From contig NW_026515682.1 in assembly GCF_025526975.1 (NCBI RefSeq), positions 496,001 through 560,000 on the forward strand: a stretch of 64,000 bases of DNA, read 5' to 3'. The stretch is from Fimicolochytrium jonesii (lineage: Eukaryota). Below the pieces are notes generated by a model. It saw only the letters and a program-made list of their open reading frames with translations, was not told the origin of the DNA and made no database searches. Below are positions 44,706 to 58,950 of this stretch, in pieces. The position numbers were made by a program, and so were the translations under genes. How positions within the stretch are numbered: the stretch's first letter is position 1; every line of letters begins with the position of its first letter.

Positions 44706-47700
44706 ATGGACAAGTTCCCAACGAACAACCTGGAAGAGCAACTGCAATGGTTCAGGTCCACCCGCTCCTCCTCGACGGCATCGCAGAAGGAAGCCGAAAA
44801 TGAGACGAGACCAGTGCCAAGCTTCCGGCCCGGAGTGGCAGTCGCCTTTCAGCCTGCTATTTTGCCGACCCCTGCAGCTCCGAATGTGCACGCAAGGCAG
44901 TCTTTCACTCCGATGGCACCGAATTCCTTTGCCAGATCGTGCGTGGGACGTTATACGGTTCAGCCCCAAAAACAGGCTTTTGCTAACGAATATCGTTATA
45001 GGAACTCCACCGCAGAAGCCGCGAGGCCCTCTTTCAATACTCCTCAAATAACCAGCCATGGTCAGGTACGGACGCCGGTTCAAATGGGTTGGTTGTAAGG
45101 TAGCGGCATTGCTCAACGGTGGCCAATATAGCCGATGGCCAGGTCGAACTCTGGTGGAACTGTCGAAACATTCGCGAGGCAAAAGACCACGGTTGGAAGT
45201 TTTGGATCCGCTATCTCGACCGTCCCCACACGATTCAAGGCAACGAGGACGACTGAAGGGGCACCTCCGAACCGCCCGAAACGCAAGTCGGACAGTTTCG
45301 CTGTGGAAGATGGTATTGCAGTACTCTCCGCGTAGTTATGGTCGAAGGCTGACTTGGGACGCTGAACGGCCTTTTGACTGACCGCCAGACGATCTTGCTT
45401 CCATGACGACACCTTCCTCTCCGGAGGAAACGCGGAAACGGCAAAGAACCAGTCCTGCGCCCGTTGAAGGGCCTTGGGAGTCGGGAGATGATGGTGGGAA
45501 TGCCTAGAATGGTTTCGAGAGTTGGTGAATGCAAGATGCTTACTGGGGGTCACCATCATTGCAGAATTTTTTGGCGTCGATGATGATGACATGCTCAACG
45601 CGCAGATGCTCGAGGACTTTGAATCGGTAAGCATGTCCTGCCGTCTCACCACATTGCAAAGGGCTCACAGAAACGAAATCAGGACTTCTATGCTCAAACA
45701 AATGGCAGCGAGGGCGCTCTGATACCCGTGCAAGGCGCTCGTTCTAATAGTAACTTCACGGGCCACGGTCCCAGCCGCCTGGAACTCGAAACATTGCGCA
45801 CCAAGTTGATCGACGAGAAAAGGACTGTATCCGATTTACTACTGGACTTGATGGGAGCTGGTAACGTGGATCCTATACGATTGTGCCAGTTGCAGGAGCA
45901 GCGGTAGGTTCATAGGTTCACGAACGATCGCGGTTGCGCACGAAGAACGAGTAGTTGCTAATCGGAGATGCAATTCCATAGGGCTGGCATTCAGAAGAAG
46001 ATTCACGAAGTTGAAGAGTTGCTATCTAAACAGGTGGGACTGCTCACCTCCGTCATTTGTCATTTACCGCGAGCTCACACCTGTAAGCAGGTCATCGCAA
46101 GTTTGAACGATTCTACCCCAATGAGAGGATCGGGGATGACGGACCATCGGAATGGCAACCTTAACCGAAGCGTCACACAAACCTCACACTTCCGGAGCCA
46201 GTCATTCGCCAGCACCACCCCTTTTCCGTCAATGAACTCAAGCAACACCACCCCGTTCCCATCGACTACCTCAAGCTTCAATCCTCAACCGGACAACAAT
46301 TTTCAAAAGGGCTTCACTCCACAATTGAAAGCGGGGCCTTCGTCAGGCTTTCCTCCACCAAACTCTTTAACCCGCAACGCGACATCGACGCCATCCATAA
46401 ACTCCATGCCTTCCATGTCCCATTTCCCCACGCATCAACAATCCGCCCCAAGAGCAACACCACGCAATCAAGCTCAAGGTGCTCTGGCTACGCGCCCTAG
46501 CCCGTCCCATGATATTTATAGCAGACCCGAGTATCAGTTCCCATGGTCAAGGGACGTGCGGAAAGCGATGAAGCAGATCTTTAAGTTAGAGGACTTTCGC
46601 ACGAATCAGGTTGAAGCGATAAACGCCACCCTCCAAGGGAAAGACTGTTTCGTTCTCATGCCGACGGGCGGTGGAAAGAGTTTATGCTACCAACTTCCTG
46701 CAGTCGTGCCCACCGGAAAGACAAACGGAATGACGCTGGTCGTATCACCGTTGCTCTCACTCATTACGGATCAAGTCCAGCAACTCAACGCGAAGGGAGT
46801 CATGGCCATCCCCTTGACCGGCACCCTCACCAACGAACAGAGAGACCGGGTGTACGCGGAGATATATGCACCAAATTCGGACGTTCGGTTGATATACGTC
46901 ACCCCTGAGATGATCATGAACAGCGGAAAGTTCCAAGACCTCGTGAAACACCTCCACGAGCGCGGCAAGTTGGCAAGGCTGGTCATCGACGAAGCCCATT
47001 GTGTCAGTCAATGGGGCCACGATTTCCGACCTGACTACAAGAACCTGGGTAACTTCCGACGCCAATACCCCGGCCTGCCCGTCATGGCACTCACGGCGAC
47101 CGCAAACGAGAAGGTCAAGCTGGACATCATTGACTGTCTCGGCATGCACAACTGCGCGCGGTTCGTGCAGAGTTTTAATCGAAGCAATCTCCGATATGAA
47201 GTGCGGAAGAAGGAGAAGCAGATCGTGAACGATATTTGCTCGCTTATCGAGACGTTTTATCCTGGACAATGTGGGATTATCTATTGCGGGTCTCGGAAGA
47301 ATTGCGAGGATGTTACGGACAAATTGAAGGTGTGTTCCAACTGACGCGTATTGGATGTTTGAACCCCCCTGCGAATTGGCTTCTAATGAACGAGTCCCGC
47401 AGAAAAACGGAATGGACATTGATTTCTACCATGCGGGACTGGAAAAGGACGATCGGTTGCGGATACAATCAGCATGGGCGACTGGCAAGATCAAGATTAT
47501 CGTGGCAACGGTGGCGTTTGGCATGGGTAAGCTTTACTGTTAAGCCCCCCATCGACCAACAGCACTACGGGCTGATCGAACAAAACCTCTCTACAGGTAT
47601 CGACAAGCCTGACGTCCGCTTCGTCATCCACTACAGTCTTCCCCACAGTCTTGAGGGCTACTATCAGGTACGTATGTGCACTCATCCGGAATCCGGTACG

Positions 47701-49077
47701 CAACCTAACTTTGGTGCAATAGGAAACCGGGCGAGCGGGGAGGGACGGCAAGGAGTCCATGTGCATTATGTATTACTCGTACCGGGACAAGACAATGGTG
47801 TGCATAGGCGTTTTCGCCTCGTCTGATGGAGAGCCAGAACTGATGATCACTTGCGTAGATCGATACAATGATACAGAAAGGTGAAGGGAGTCATGAGCAG
47901 AAAGAGGTGTGTCGCATCGCCAACGTGAACTGTGCTTTCAAGTTGCAGACCCACTCATGCGCATTCCACACATAGCGGCAAAGGAATAATCTCCGACAAA
48001 TGGTCGCCTATTGCGAGAACAAGATTGATTGCAGACGACAGCAAGTGCTAGCCGTGAGTATCGATTGGAACTACAGCCCCAGATCTCTTCCTGGCATCGC
48101 AATTGAATTGAACACATGGCACTTTTCCAGTACTTCTCCGAAAAATTCGATCGCGCCAACTGTCACAGGACTTGCGATAACTGTCGACGAAATGCGAAAG
48201 GAATCACGAAGGATGTGCGGCAGGAGACTATGGACATTATCGAACTTGGTAGGTGGTCGATATTGTGCCTAACCTGCGGCCAAATTTCCTGGTCAATAGT
48301 CGAACTCACCACTCAAATGTCCCTTTCCTTCGTGCACACCAGTCCGTTCTGTCCAAGAAGAACGCGTCACGATGAACCAGTGCATGGATATCTACCGGGG
48401 CGCGAAAACCACCAAAGTCACCAAGTTTGGACATAATGAGTTAGGACAGTACGGAAAAGGTACGTATGCCCCCACGTTTGTGTTACGTCCCCACCTCACG
48501 TTTATCCCACCAACAACGATATCTCCCTCACAGGAGCCAACCTCGGCAAAGGCGAAGTCGAACGCCTCTTCCGGTTCCTCGTCACCCACCAAATCCTCGG
48601 CGAGTACTTCAAAGTCAACGGCCAAGGCTTCACCAACGCCTACGTCGCCGTCGGCCGGCAGAGCGAGACGTACCGGTACGGCCGGGTGCCGATCCAGTTT
48701 ACGTTCATGGAGGAGCAGCAGGCGCAGTTGCAGATTCAGGGTGGGGAGAGCGCGGCGTCGGCGAATGCGAGGAAGGCGACGGCGGCGAGGGCGACGAAGA
48801 ATAAGAAGGCGGCGGCTGCTGCTGAGGCGAATAAGGAGTAAGAACAATATATTGGATGTTCCATCTTTCTATTTGAAGACGGTATTCTAACAACCCCTGG
48901 ATTCTCCGTAGTTCAACAACATCACCACATTTCACCAAGAAAACCACAAAAACGACCAAGACAACAACCACCAGAACAAAACAAGCCAAAAACACAGCAG
49001 GTGCGAGTGCAAGCACCGGCAGTGGTGGAGGATCGCGGTTACCGTCCATGACCAGGGCTCGGAAACTGCCGTTTTGA
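44706..49077 (+). CDS. SGS1: RecQ-family DNA helicase (Sgs1/BLM-like), multi-exon
   Basis: NNLEEQLQWF N-terminus, MPTGGGKSLCYQLP, VIDEAHCVSQWGHDFRPDY, ATVAFGMGIDKPDVRFV, RQC Zn site CRRQQVL..C..TCDNC. The end is 48841 if the last intron is not spliced. Confidence 0.92.
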
Positions 49078-49308
49078 ATATCATTAGATCAGACTTGCAG
49101 TGCCTCTCGGTTTGAACCTTCACTTTTCTCCCATCATGTACATATTATACTAACGGCTTAGGGGATCAGCTTTTTGAAAAGTACAAATATACCTGTGTCA
49201 ACTGTGCAATTTACTCGCCTCTCTGGCTCTATTCGTTAATTTACATATATACACCCCTCTCCACCATATTCCTACATACACATTACCTTCGCGCCTCTAC
49301 AGAACCCA

Positions 49309-50791
49309 CTACACCGCCCCATCCCCTTCCACCTTCCCCTCCGGCCCCCCCACGCCCCGGAGCACAATCCTCCCAACATCCACATCCCTCTCCACAATAA
49401 CAATATTATCCCGATGCACCAGACAATCGGAATCGGCATAGCCCAACAACCCCTCAATCTCCGAACTCTTGCGCCCTTTGATCCGCGCAATTTCGGTGGA
49501 GCTGTAGTTTACGAGACCCTTTGCTATTTCTACTTCTTCTTCTCCTCCTTCTGCATCCGTGGGTGACGTTGAGGATTTGACGATCGTAACAATCCGCACA
49601 CACTGCTGCGCGTTGAAATCCCCGGCCACACTGACAACCCCGACCGCAAACAACGACGAGCGTTGTCGTCGTGTGAGGGCTTGCACGGCGCCCGCGTCGA
49701 TGTACAGCGTCCCCGCGACCGCGAGCGAGTGCAGGATCCACCACTTGCGGTCGTCCAACAGCGCGTGGTTGGGTCGGGGCAGGAAATGGGTTCCCGTAGT
49801 CGGCTCATGATGGTGGGTGGTGGTGTGAGTCACTGTCCCGTCCTCAGACGTCGTTGAGGTTGTTGTGGGCGGGTTGGCGCGGATCTCGTTGAGGATTTGA
49901 GGGATGAGGTGCGGCGACGACCCGAGGGTGATGATCGTCCTGCACCCCGCCGCGCTCGCCAGATCCGCCGCAATCAGCTTCGTCACCATCCCGCCCGTGC
50001 CCAGCATGCTCCCCGGCGCATCCACCCGCACGCTTCGTCGCAGCTCGGCGATATCCGTTACCAGCCGCACCGGGCGTGCGTCCGGGTTCGTGCGCGGGTT
50101 GTCGGTGTAGAGGCATTCGACGTCGGTGAGGAGGAAGAGGTACTCGGCGTGCACCATGCCCGCGGTGATGGCGGAGAGGGTGTCGTTGTCGCCGAAGCGG
50201 AGCTCGGAGGAGGAGACGGTGTCGTTTTCGTTGACGATGGGGATGACGTTGAGGGAGAGGAGCTCGCGGAAGGTGTTGCGGGCGTTGAGGTATTGGGAGC
50301 GCTGGGATATTCCCCAAATGGACATGGTAGACGTTAGATTCAGATATTCCTGGGGGCGGCCGGCTCTTCCCCCGCGCTGGTTACAACGGGGTGTATGGGT
50401 AACCTACCTCAGAAAGACAATCCCTCGTCAAAAGCACCTGCGCAATCGGCACCCCAAAATGCCCAAACAACTGATCATACATCGCCATCAGCCTCCCTTG
50501 CCCCACCGCCGCAACCGCCTGACTAACCGCCAGATGCTTCGGCCGCTTCCCAATCCCCAACCTCCTCAACCCGGTCCCCACCGCGCCGGAGGAGACAATG
50601 ACGACCTTGTGCCCCGCGTCGCGGAGGGACACGACGGTCTCGACGAGGAGGGACAGGGTCGCGAGCCGCGGGTTGAAGGTGGTTTCGGAGCAGATGGAGG
50701 AGGTGCCGAGTTTTAGGACTATTGTGGGGGGGTGTGTCCCGGTTGGGGATGGTGGGACGGCATCGGGGGTGGTATCTTTGGGGCTGCCCAT
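49309..50791 (-). CDS. PRO1: Glutamate 5-kinase with PUA domain, 2 exons
   Basis: IVLKLGTSS, VSSGAVG, AAVGQGRLM, PIVNENDT, FGDNDTLSA, GTGGMVTK. Confidence 0.96.
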
Positions 50792-51356
50792 AATGCTTGT
50801 CGTCAGGCCCTATTGTGCGAACGGAGGGTTTGCGTATGTTGCGTACAATTCGCGGAAAGCAATTGGTGCTCGGTGGAGAACGGCAGTGCCAACAGAATGC
50901 TGGTGGAAGGGCTGAGCGATCTCTGGTTCGGAGTTTTGAACTTATTGCCAATGCTCAGTCCCGACGCTCCCGACGAGACGGACGCGCCATTCACGTTGCT
51001 CATTCGAGTCAGGGGACGGACGAACCCTCATCTCTCCCATGGGCAAGCATCAATGCCCCCCTCTCCAAACTCGACCAGGCGCCGACCTCCCGAACCTCCC
51101 AAACCATCGCCGTCATTTTGAAATAATGCTGATTAAGGGGACCTCTCACAGATTTGAACAATATACAAAGGCAAAGGAATCAAAGGCTGCTCGCTAAACG
51201 CTTGTCTTCACCCTCATGTTGAGAAAAAGACACCGAGGTTCCCCTAAATAACACGTCTAGCGAGTGGTCGATGGTCGAATCTTCCCCGGGTGTGTGTGCG
51301 AAAACCCCCCGCCTCCTCCTTTCCCCATGCTAAACAACGAAACCACACGTCACCAT

Positions 51357-52683
51357 CTATTGCCTGCGGTTGCGGTTGTCGCGGAAGTTGGCGCCGACGA
51401 CACGGTCACCGACGTTAGACTCCTGTGTGGCGAGCTGGACGCCGGAGATGTCCTCGAAGTTCAAGGCCTTGAGAAGGGCCTGCATAAAAAGAAACGAGCG
51501 TAGTGAGTTGACCATGTCGTCGAATGAAAGCGGAAAAGGTTCGCCAAGAAACGCAGTGAGGGGAGGGAGTAGTGCGCTTTGGCGCAATGTGGGCTCGCCA
51601 CGCTCGCGCTTCGCTTTGCTCGCGAAAGCGTTCGCCCTGGTCGACCTCGCTGACGCTCGGTCTTTCAGACCGAATCAAAACTCGCCTGCCTCAAGCATCC
51701 CTGCACTTCCCCTCGCTCGTCGCAGTCTCCTCCCTCCGCTTGCGGCAGACGCTAACTCTCGCCCGATCAGAATCCCTACCTGAGTGTCCTTGTCAATCTC
51801 GATGGTCTCGACGGCGAGAGCAGAGACCTCAGGAACGTAGTTGTCCTTCCTCTCACGCTCCTCCTCCTGCAGCTTGAAGGAGATACCACGAACGGGACCA
51901 CGCTGGATACGCTTCATCAAGTGGGTGGTGAAACCCGCAATCTTGTTGCGAAGACGCTTGGAGGCGATGATGGCGACCTCATCGGCGATCTTCTTGTTGG
52001 TTTGGAAGTCGAGGGTAAGACGAGGGTAGTACTTCTCGATGATGACCCTGGCGGCCTTCTTCACGGTCTTTGTCCTTACGCGACCTGAATTTCGTGGACA
52101 AGAGGGTCAGCGTTTGTCCCGTGGACTAATTGTGGTTCGAACCGTCTCCCGGTGTACTGAGCCCCAGCCCTAATCGCCAGTTCATTCCAAGTCCCGGCGG
52201 GCAGCATTCGCTCCTCCAGTTTCAAGAATTCAAAATGGGGGCATTGAATCACCTCCGACGATGAGCCAAAGCACCTCCATCACCTCCTGCTCTAGCTTCC
52301 CACTGCCCTTCGCCTCCAGCCGTCCCAGTGTCCAGCGTTGATAACCTCTTGCACATTCGCAAAAGGATTCCCATCGCCGACATATTCCCACGAACACAAA
52401 ACATGCAGAGGTCCACCAGCAACAGCGGAACCAACGGTTCTGTGGTGATGTGCTGAATGCGGCCCATTGCCTCGTGTTCGTCTTATCGAGTATAGTTCGT
52501 CGTAATGTCGAACTAATCCCCATTCCCGTTCCCACCACTTCCGTCGACCCAAACCACCCATCCATCCATCCGATCCATCCATCCATCGACGAGCGTCTAT
52601 TCGATCGATAGGTTCCCTCTGCCCCTGGCGTATGTCGTCCTGTGCGTCGTTCGCAGCCGAGAGTAGGAAAGGTACTCACCCAT
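51357..52683 (-). CDS. RPS17: 40S ribosomal protein S17 (eS17), 3 exons
   Basis: [28 protein letters not shown]...[14 protein letters not shown]; exons 52683-52680, 52085-51779 and 51480-51357. Confidence 0.97.
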
Positions 52684-52885
52684 GGTGGCAGTGTAGCTTC
52701 GGGTTGTCTGGTCGAAAGCGTAGAGGAGGTTCTAATTGAAGGCTGCCCGAGCGACGTTCCCTATGCACCCCGAGCGAGCCGCGCGACCGACCGACAGCGA
52801 GACTGGGCTGCGCCACCGACTATTTCGCTCTCATCAGTTTGTTACCAGCTTTTCGGATCGACACCAAGATCCAGACTTGCAGACC

Positions 52886-53677
52886 ATGACTCACGCGCCC
52901 ATTTGGCCATTTGGGGAAAGTGTGCTGCGGGGCCTCTCGTCTCGTCTCTCTGGACGCAACTCCAACGCCAACAACAACCCCACCTCCCTTCCCTTGTTCT
53001 CTTTACAACAACAGATAATATCCGAGGATGAAACTCACGCTTTTTCGACTTCGGTACGTAGTTTCGGGACGGGTTAACTCTCAATAACTGCCGCCTGCCG
53101 CGGCTTCATCTTCCCAGCATCCTCGTCGCCGCCGCGTGGGTACAGGGTAGGCGCAGGTCAGGCGGATGGCTCGAAACAGCTGTTTGGGATGTTGGCGACA
53201 CTGCAGAGTGAACTGGGGAGGTTGGTGAGGAGAGGTTGGCTGGCTCTTAGGCATTGGGGGATGCCAGGAGGTGAGTACCGAGCGGAGCGGAGAGAGTCGC
53301 GAGTACGACAGCGAGCGGCGGTGAATGACATCGACCGGTTGAAACTCCAATGCTTCAAATCAGCCTGGATCATGAGTGTTTTGCATGACGGGCTTGGCGT
53401 GCCGAGGGAGATGGTGTGTGTGCCGAATGATGCGGATGACGGCGGGAGGGGGGTGGATGTGCATGGCGAGGGTGCGAGTTCCGATCCAGCGTTTGAGAGT
53501 GTGAACGAGATTGGGACGTTTAGTGTGAGTTGGACGTTGGGAGCGATTTTGTTGCATGTTGCTGCCACCATACCGAGGGCGGAGGAGGAAGCGCAGGGGG
53601 TGGGGCGGGTGGCGACGACGGAAATGTTAGCTGACGCGCTCACCAGACCCCTGCCGATCCAGACTTCACATGTCTGA
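52886..53677 (+). pseudogene. GDA1/CD39 (YND1-like) apyrase fragment: C-terminal part only
   Basis: RLKLQCFKSAWIMSVLHDG and ACR5-like VSWTLGAILL are present. ACR1-4 are not found, and there is no room for them before RPS17. Confidence 0.65.
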
Positions 53678-54005
53678 TGAGGGCTGGAATGCACTTGGAG
53701 GCTGCAGAGTCTTTAAGAGCCCTTTTTGCCTGTCCTCCACCTGATAAAAAGAAGCGAACGCCTTGAGCGGAAACCAAAGTTGTTATGACACCCGTGAAGA
53801 GAAGGATCGTCAACGGAACCCATGCTCCACGTGGATGTAAGCCGGCAGGCATAGAGACATGCAGCAATCAACCAGATATGGATATGCTATTGATCAAAAC
53901 ACAAATTCTATATCTACAAAATGCCCACGGAAGAGCAATCCAGCCGGAAGTATATGGTCCAAACTTGCTTCTACTTGCTTCCAACCAGAAATCACAGTCC
54001 CTTAT

Positions 54006-54703
54006 CTACATGGACCTCTGGATCCTGAATCCAAGCGTCTGTCCTTGGTTCTGATCGAACGTGCAGATACGACAGTGTTCATCTTCGGACATGTTGGTGT
54101 AAGCGTAGGCGACGTCGCAGACGCGCTCTGGGTCGTCTTGGTTCTGGGCCTGGGCCGCGTTTGCCTCGCAGATGGCATTGCATTGGCTGGCGCTTGCCAA
54201 GAAGCGGGTGCATTTCTGGTTCTGTTTCGCAAGATGAAAGATTAGAAATGGGGAAACTGATGCATCCCCAACGAAGTATCTTTGTTACTTACCACAACGT
54301 TAAGTCCGTTGATGTGTTCGCCAACAAAGGCAGTGCCAGGTTTGGCGGGGTTCCAGCCGGCCATGTGGAGCCTACCTCCCTCGAGCTGGACGGGAACGTC
54401 CTTGAATCCCTTAGGGTAACATCCCTGCGTGGCGGAGTTCCACACGAAGATGGCCGCAGGGATGGTGCTACCGCTGGGCGCGGTGGTCAGGATGGCGTTG
54501 GCGCAGGAGCAAGCGTCGGGGAACTTCTTGTCCCAGACGGGATGGTTGGGAAGGTCGGCGACGCCCGTCCAGTCGGTGTTTTCGCGGATGACCCAGTCGG
54601 CGGCGCAGCTGCTGTTTGAGTCGGCCCTTGCCGGGGAGGCGGGAGCAGCGTTGGCGGCAGCGCTGAGGAGAGCAGCTGAAGCGAGGACGGTTTGGAAGAG
54701 CAT
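54006..54703 (-). CDS. Small secreted cysteine-rich protein (PAN/apple-like modules), 2 exons
   Basis: Signal peptide MLFQTVLASAALLSAAANA; CxCxxx...FVW...CYPK and CxxxC patterns; intron 54223-54292; TATA-like TATTTAAG at about 54845. Confidence 0.72.
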
Positions 54704-55646
54704 TTTCGATGTGTTAGAGAGTGAGAGATTGGGAATGACTCGATTGGAGATAGAACGCTTGAGATTGGCTTTGCGAGATGTTGTTGTTTGCGGGTGTCGC
54801 TGATGTTGATGATGGTGACGGGATGTCGCTGAACCTCCCTCCTTAAATAGTTGGGGAAACGGGATCTCCTTACTCTCTGATGAGGGCAGCTTGGGCAGAG
54901 GTGCAGCAGAGGCCAGCATCGCTGCCACGCCTGAACAGCCTTTGCGGCTTTCGAACAGTCGCAACAGCTATGCACCGCCCCGCGGCCCATGAGCACCCAT
55001 GTGCAACGACAGCCGTCGAGCATCATACCTTTCGAGGGTTTGCAGGCGCACGCACCGCTCGTACCGGCCAGCAAATGTTTGCGAGACCATAGCGGGAAGA
55101 ACTTGCATCTCGCCGCATCTCAGCCCGTCCTCATTGACATATTTATCGTACATCTACAAAACTTTTTGATGTTAAACCGTTCTTGTGGATATGCATATAC
55201 GTCAATCCCAGGTCCGCGATAATCCGTGCCGCTCTGCCACTAATGTTTGCCTGAGCCCCTGCACCGCATGTACTGGAGAACGGACCGAGTGCCAATGCTG
55301 GCCTCTGCCAATGCAAAGGTACAAACTTGAAGCAACCCAGAACGCGGAAGACGCGCGATGGGCCGCATGTGGCAGTTGGCCCGCAGATGATTCGAATTTC
55401 CGACAATCTGGAAGGCAAAATAATTCGGAAGTTCAAAGGGGTCGGAGAACATTTCAATAATTTCATCGATTTTTCATGTCTAACGACGTCACAAGAGTTG
55501 GGAGGCCGCAAGTCTACGGCCAGATGCTATCTATGTATGATGCAATACGCCAGAAACACCGCCTTTCGCGGCTCTGCACTACGCTGGTGTTCGGGGTGTC
55601 CTTCGATGTGCGCCGCCGTACAATACTGTACATCACCCGCTGCACC

Positions 55647-56989
55647 CTATTCCCCACGAAGCCCTTTCAGCATCTCCCCGACGGTCCAAACCACCAGATT
55701 TGTGCGAGGCGACAAGAAACAATCAAAGGCGTGGTGAGCGGCCGGGATGAGTACTGTATGTACGCGGGGCTGTGAGGACGGCTTTGTGGGACGTCGTCAA
55801 ACGGGAGGTCACCGCCTCTGCGCCGTTGCGTGGCGGTGGTCAAGCGGTTGACAAACTCCTCAACGGCGCGAGTCGGTACCATTGCCCGTTACCATACCCA
55901 TCGGGCATGCGTTCTTCCGGACCCATTCGGCCTGATTGAACTCTGGCTTGCAGATGGTGCTCGCGAACCAGGCGGCATAGCCGTCGGGCGCATGACCGCT
56001 GGTGTTGGTCAAGTCGATTGGTGGGTAGAAAGCCATGCATGCGCTGAACCGCGTGGAAACCGCCTCGAACCCAGGTTGAAATGTGGGGTTGTTCTGAGTG
56101 AAGGCCATGATAGTTGCGAGATGTCCGCCCGAGGAACCGCCAGCGATCACTATGGAGTCTTCCTAGGAGAGTCAGTACCTGAGATGGATGACACCACTAG
56201 GTACAGGAAGACTCAGCTGACCTGGATCACCGCCATACTCCTTGATATTTGATTTGACCCATCTTAAAGCCCCAACTCCGCCATATGCCAGCAAATCGGA
56301 GTAGTCAGCCGTCGCTTATCGCCCATCGACCACCTTCCGCCGTGAATGTACATGAAGACCGGTCTGAGCTTCGAGGGTTGGTGTTGTGGACCGACAGAGG
56401 ACTTCGCTTGAATGACGTCTAGTTGCACGAGTTTTTTTATGGCTTTATTGATGTCATACTCGGCTAGCTCGTCCGTAGTCATGTATAGCCATGGACTACG
56501 AGCCCCATGGGGCGCCAGGCCGGGAGCAGGGATCGGACCTGAACGAAACCCTGCATACGAAGACATCAGTAATTATAGAAGACCGTCCGGAGCACAATGC
56601 GCAATGGAGCTCTCACCTCTTCATGTAGCTGCTCATTCTGGCCTCTGTGAGTTCCTTAGCAATGGGATGCCTAGCTTCTTGCAATTTGCGAAGTTCGTCG
56701 AAAATCGAATTACGAGCAGTATAGAGGCTGCTTACAGCGGCTCCTACAAACGTCACAATGTTCACCGCCAGGACGATGCAGATCGAGAGAGTCAGAATCA
56801 GATTCTGGCTGTTCAACAGGTTCGCAAGATACGCCACGAAGGTTATGAATTATTAGATGCCAAGGCATACTACGCAGTTTTGAAGCAATTCTTGATGACC
56901 GGGGGGTTGTAGGAGATATATTGGAGTAAGACTGACGAGCCCAGGAGCAGCAGCAAGCCGCTGGACACCAAGACCGTCCCAATATCCAT
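55647..56989 (-). pseudogene. Alpha/beta hydrolase (HSL-family esterase/lipase), frameshifted
   Basis: RPVFMYIHGGRWSMGDK, IAGGSSGGHLA, FYPPIDL and AHHAFD...SPR. Frame breaks near 56835, 55885 and 55755; the HGxxD segment is missing. Confidence 0.75.
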
Positions 56990-58950
56990 CTCAGAGTTGG
57001 CCTTGGCGATTTTCCTGGAGCAGCGGTCACCAAAGGCAGCACTCAGGTAGAAAACTTTGATGAGAATCTGCATAAACCTGGTTGTCTGCGCTTCAGATTG
57101 CCAGACTTACCCAGTGAGACGGGCTTCGAGACTTCGAGATGGAGATGGGATGAATGTGCTGGAAAACCGTTGACGTTACCGGTTTCCCGGGCACTTCACG
57201 GAGCCTCCGGAGACAGAACTCAGAAACTCTAATAGTTGGAGGCGTAACTTGAAGACTCTCAGAGAAACTCCGTTACTTGCACAAATAACTGTAGGATGCT
57301 ATGCAGCTTTATACAGAATAAGAGAAGATGGGATGTTGGGCATCGAGTTGCGTCTATCCGCTCGGCCGCAATGCTGAGAATGGGGCCATTACCAAGTACC
57401 TCGAATTCAACTCGGTGCATGTTCGAACTTCTGAGCAACCGTCTTTCCCGATCTAAGCAGCGTTTTTTTTATCAAGCCTCACATCTTTGAAGGAAGCCGT
57501 GAGTCTTGAGCCGTCACGATACGTAGAATTGACCGACCGCGTATATGCATATTCAGCATTGACAAACGTTCCCCATTTCTTTCAAATGCGGCTCTGCAAC
57601 TCTGAATGGATGGCAGGGTAAGGGATGGCACCACGTCGCGCAGCAAGCACCTTGAAGACATAATGTGATATGTATCGACGCCTTCACACGAAAGCAGGTA
57701 CTGAACTTCGCACCGCTTGGGACGGAATCTCCGTGTCGGAGCCCATATCGGACAATTGAACCTCCGATGGGTCTATCCGGCAGAGGATCGAAATGAGCCA
57801 GCAATTCCCGATAATGGAATGCCGCCTTCTACTAAATTACTCCAGCACATATTAGGGGACTCTGCGAACATTCATTCGCAACACTTTGCGGAGATTTCGC
57901 TTGTTTTGGAATATATACATGTAACGGAGCTCCTCACTCGCCCCAACACGTTTCGACGGGATCTCAGTGGTACTAGAGACGTCGTCTCCAACAATTCTGT
58001 CGATGGGAGCTGAAACGGGAAATTGAATACAATCGAAGCGACATCGGGGTTTTAAAAAGAGCCGCGGAGTCCCCGACGAGAGATTGCTGCGCATGACATC
58101 ACTACATGAGAAGATTCTCCCCGTGTGTTTCAATATCGGACGCGCGATGAAACTGGAGACGCGTTCGGACAGCGGAGTGAGCTCCCGTGTTGAAACGAGG
58201 AGCCTCTGCGTTTGCCACCACACAATCCGCTCTGGCATGTCCTAAGTGTATCGTATCTTTTTGGGCATAATGCCACCGCCCGAAGCGTCCCGATAAAGAC
58301 ATATCTGCGTTATAGTACGTATATGGGCGCCCTTTGGGGATCCGCGGACTATACCGCTATCCGCACTTTGTCCTTTAAAACGCTGCCGCACCGCTGGATT
58401 GGTTAATGGAGCATGTTGAGCGCATTCCACTATGTCGTTCGATCTCCTTGCCCACCTCCGTTTGCCCCCTAGCCCCTTTCATATGGGCACTGGGGGTGAC
58501 GTTTTGCATTGCTTTGCCTTGCTTGTTGTCCGATCGGAATTAAATGGGGGCGACCGGGCGGGTGCATTATGAACGAATGCGTGCCGTTCGCAGCTTGTTT
58601 TGAGTTGAAAAGGCCGCGTGCACATCCACCCCCCCTCGCGTGCTCTCGAAACTGGCCTTGCTTGCCGCGTATCTCGAAAGACACCGAAAGCCACCGGAAA
58701 ACGGGCCAGAATTAGCCCAGGCAGAGTCCAGACCCTCGCAACTTTAAACCTTCCACATCGGCTTCCACTTTTCCCACACCGCCCTTCGGTTTGCCTTCGA
58801 TCCTTACCCTCATTACCGACTGGCTTCTTTTGGAAGCCTAATCGCACAACGCAGTCTACTACCTACAGCGCGTCGGACTTGGTACTCTCTTCGCTGTGCC
58901 GGAGACCGTAACAAAGCAAGCCCGGTCATTCAAAGTATCGACAACGACCA

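Noticed and set aside
32727..49077. DNA-repair gene cluster (SMC6 plus RecQ) serving the Fanzors
   Set aside because: They are ordinary housekeeping genes separated by unrelated genes, with no evidence of functional linkage.
57100..58900. Short ORFs in the long region upstream of noxR
   Set aside because: No motifs or consistent exon structure; treated as intergenic.
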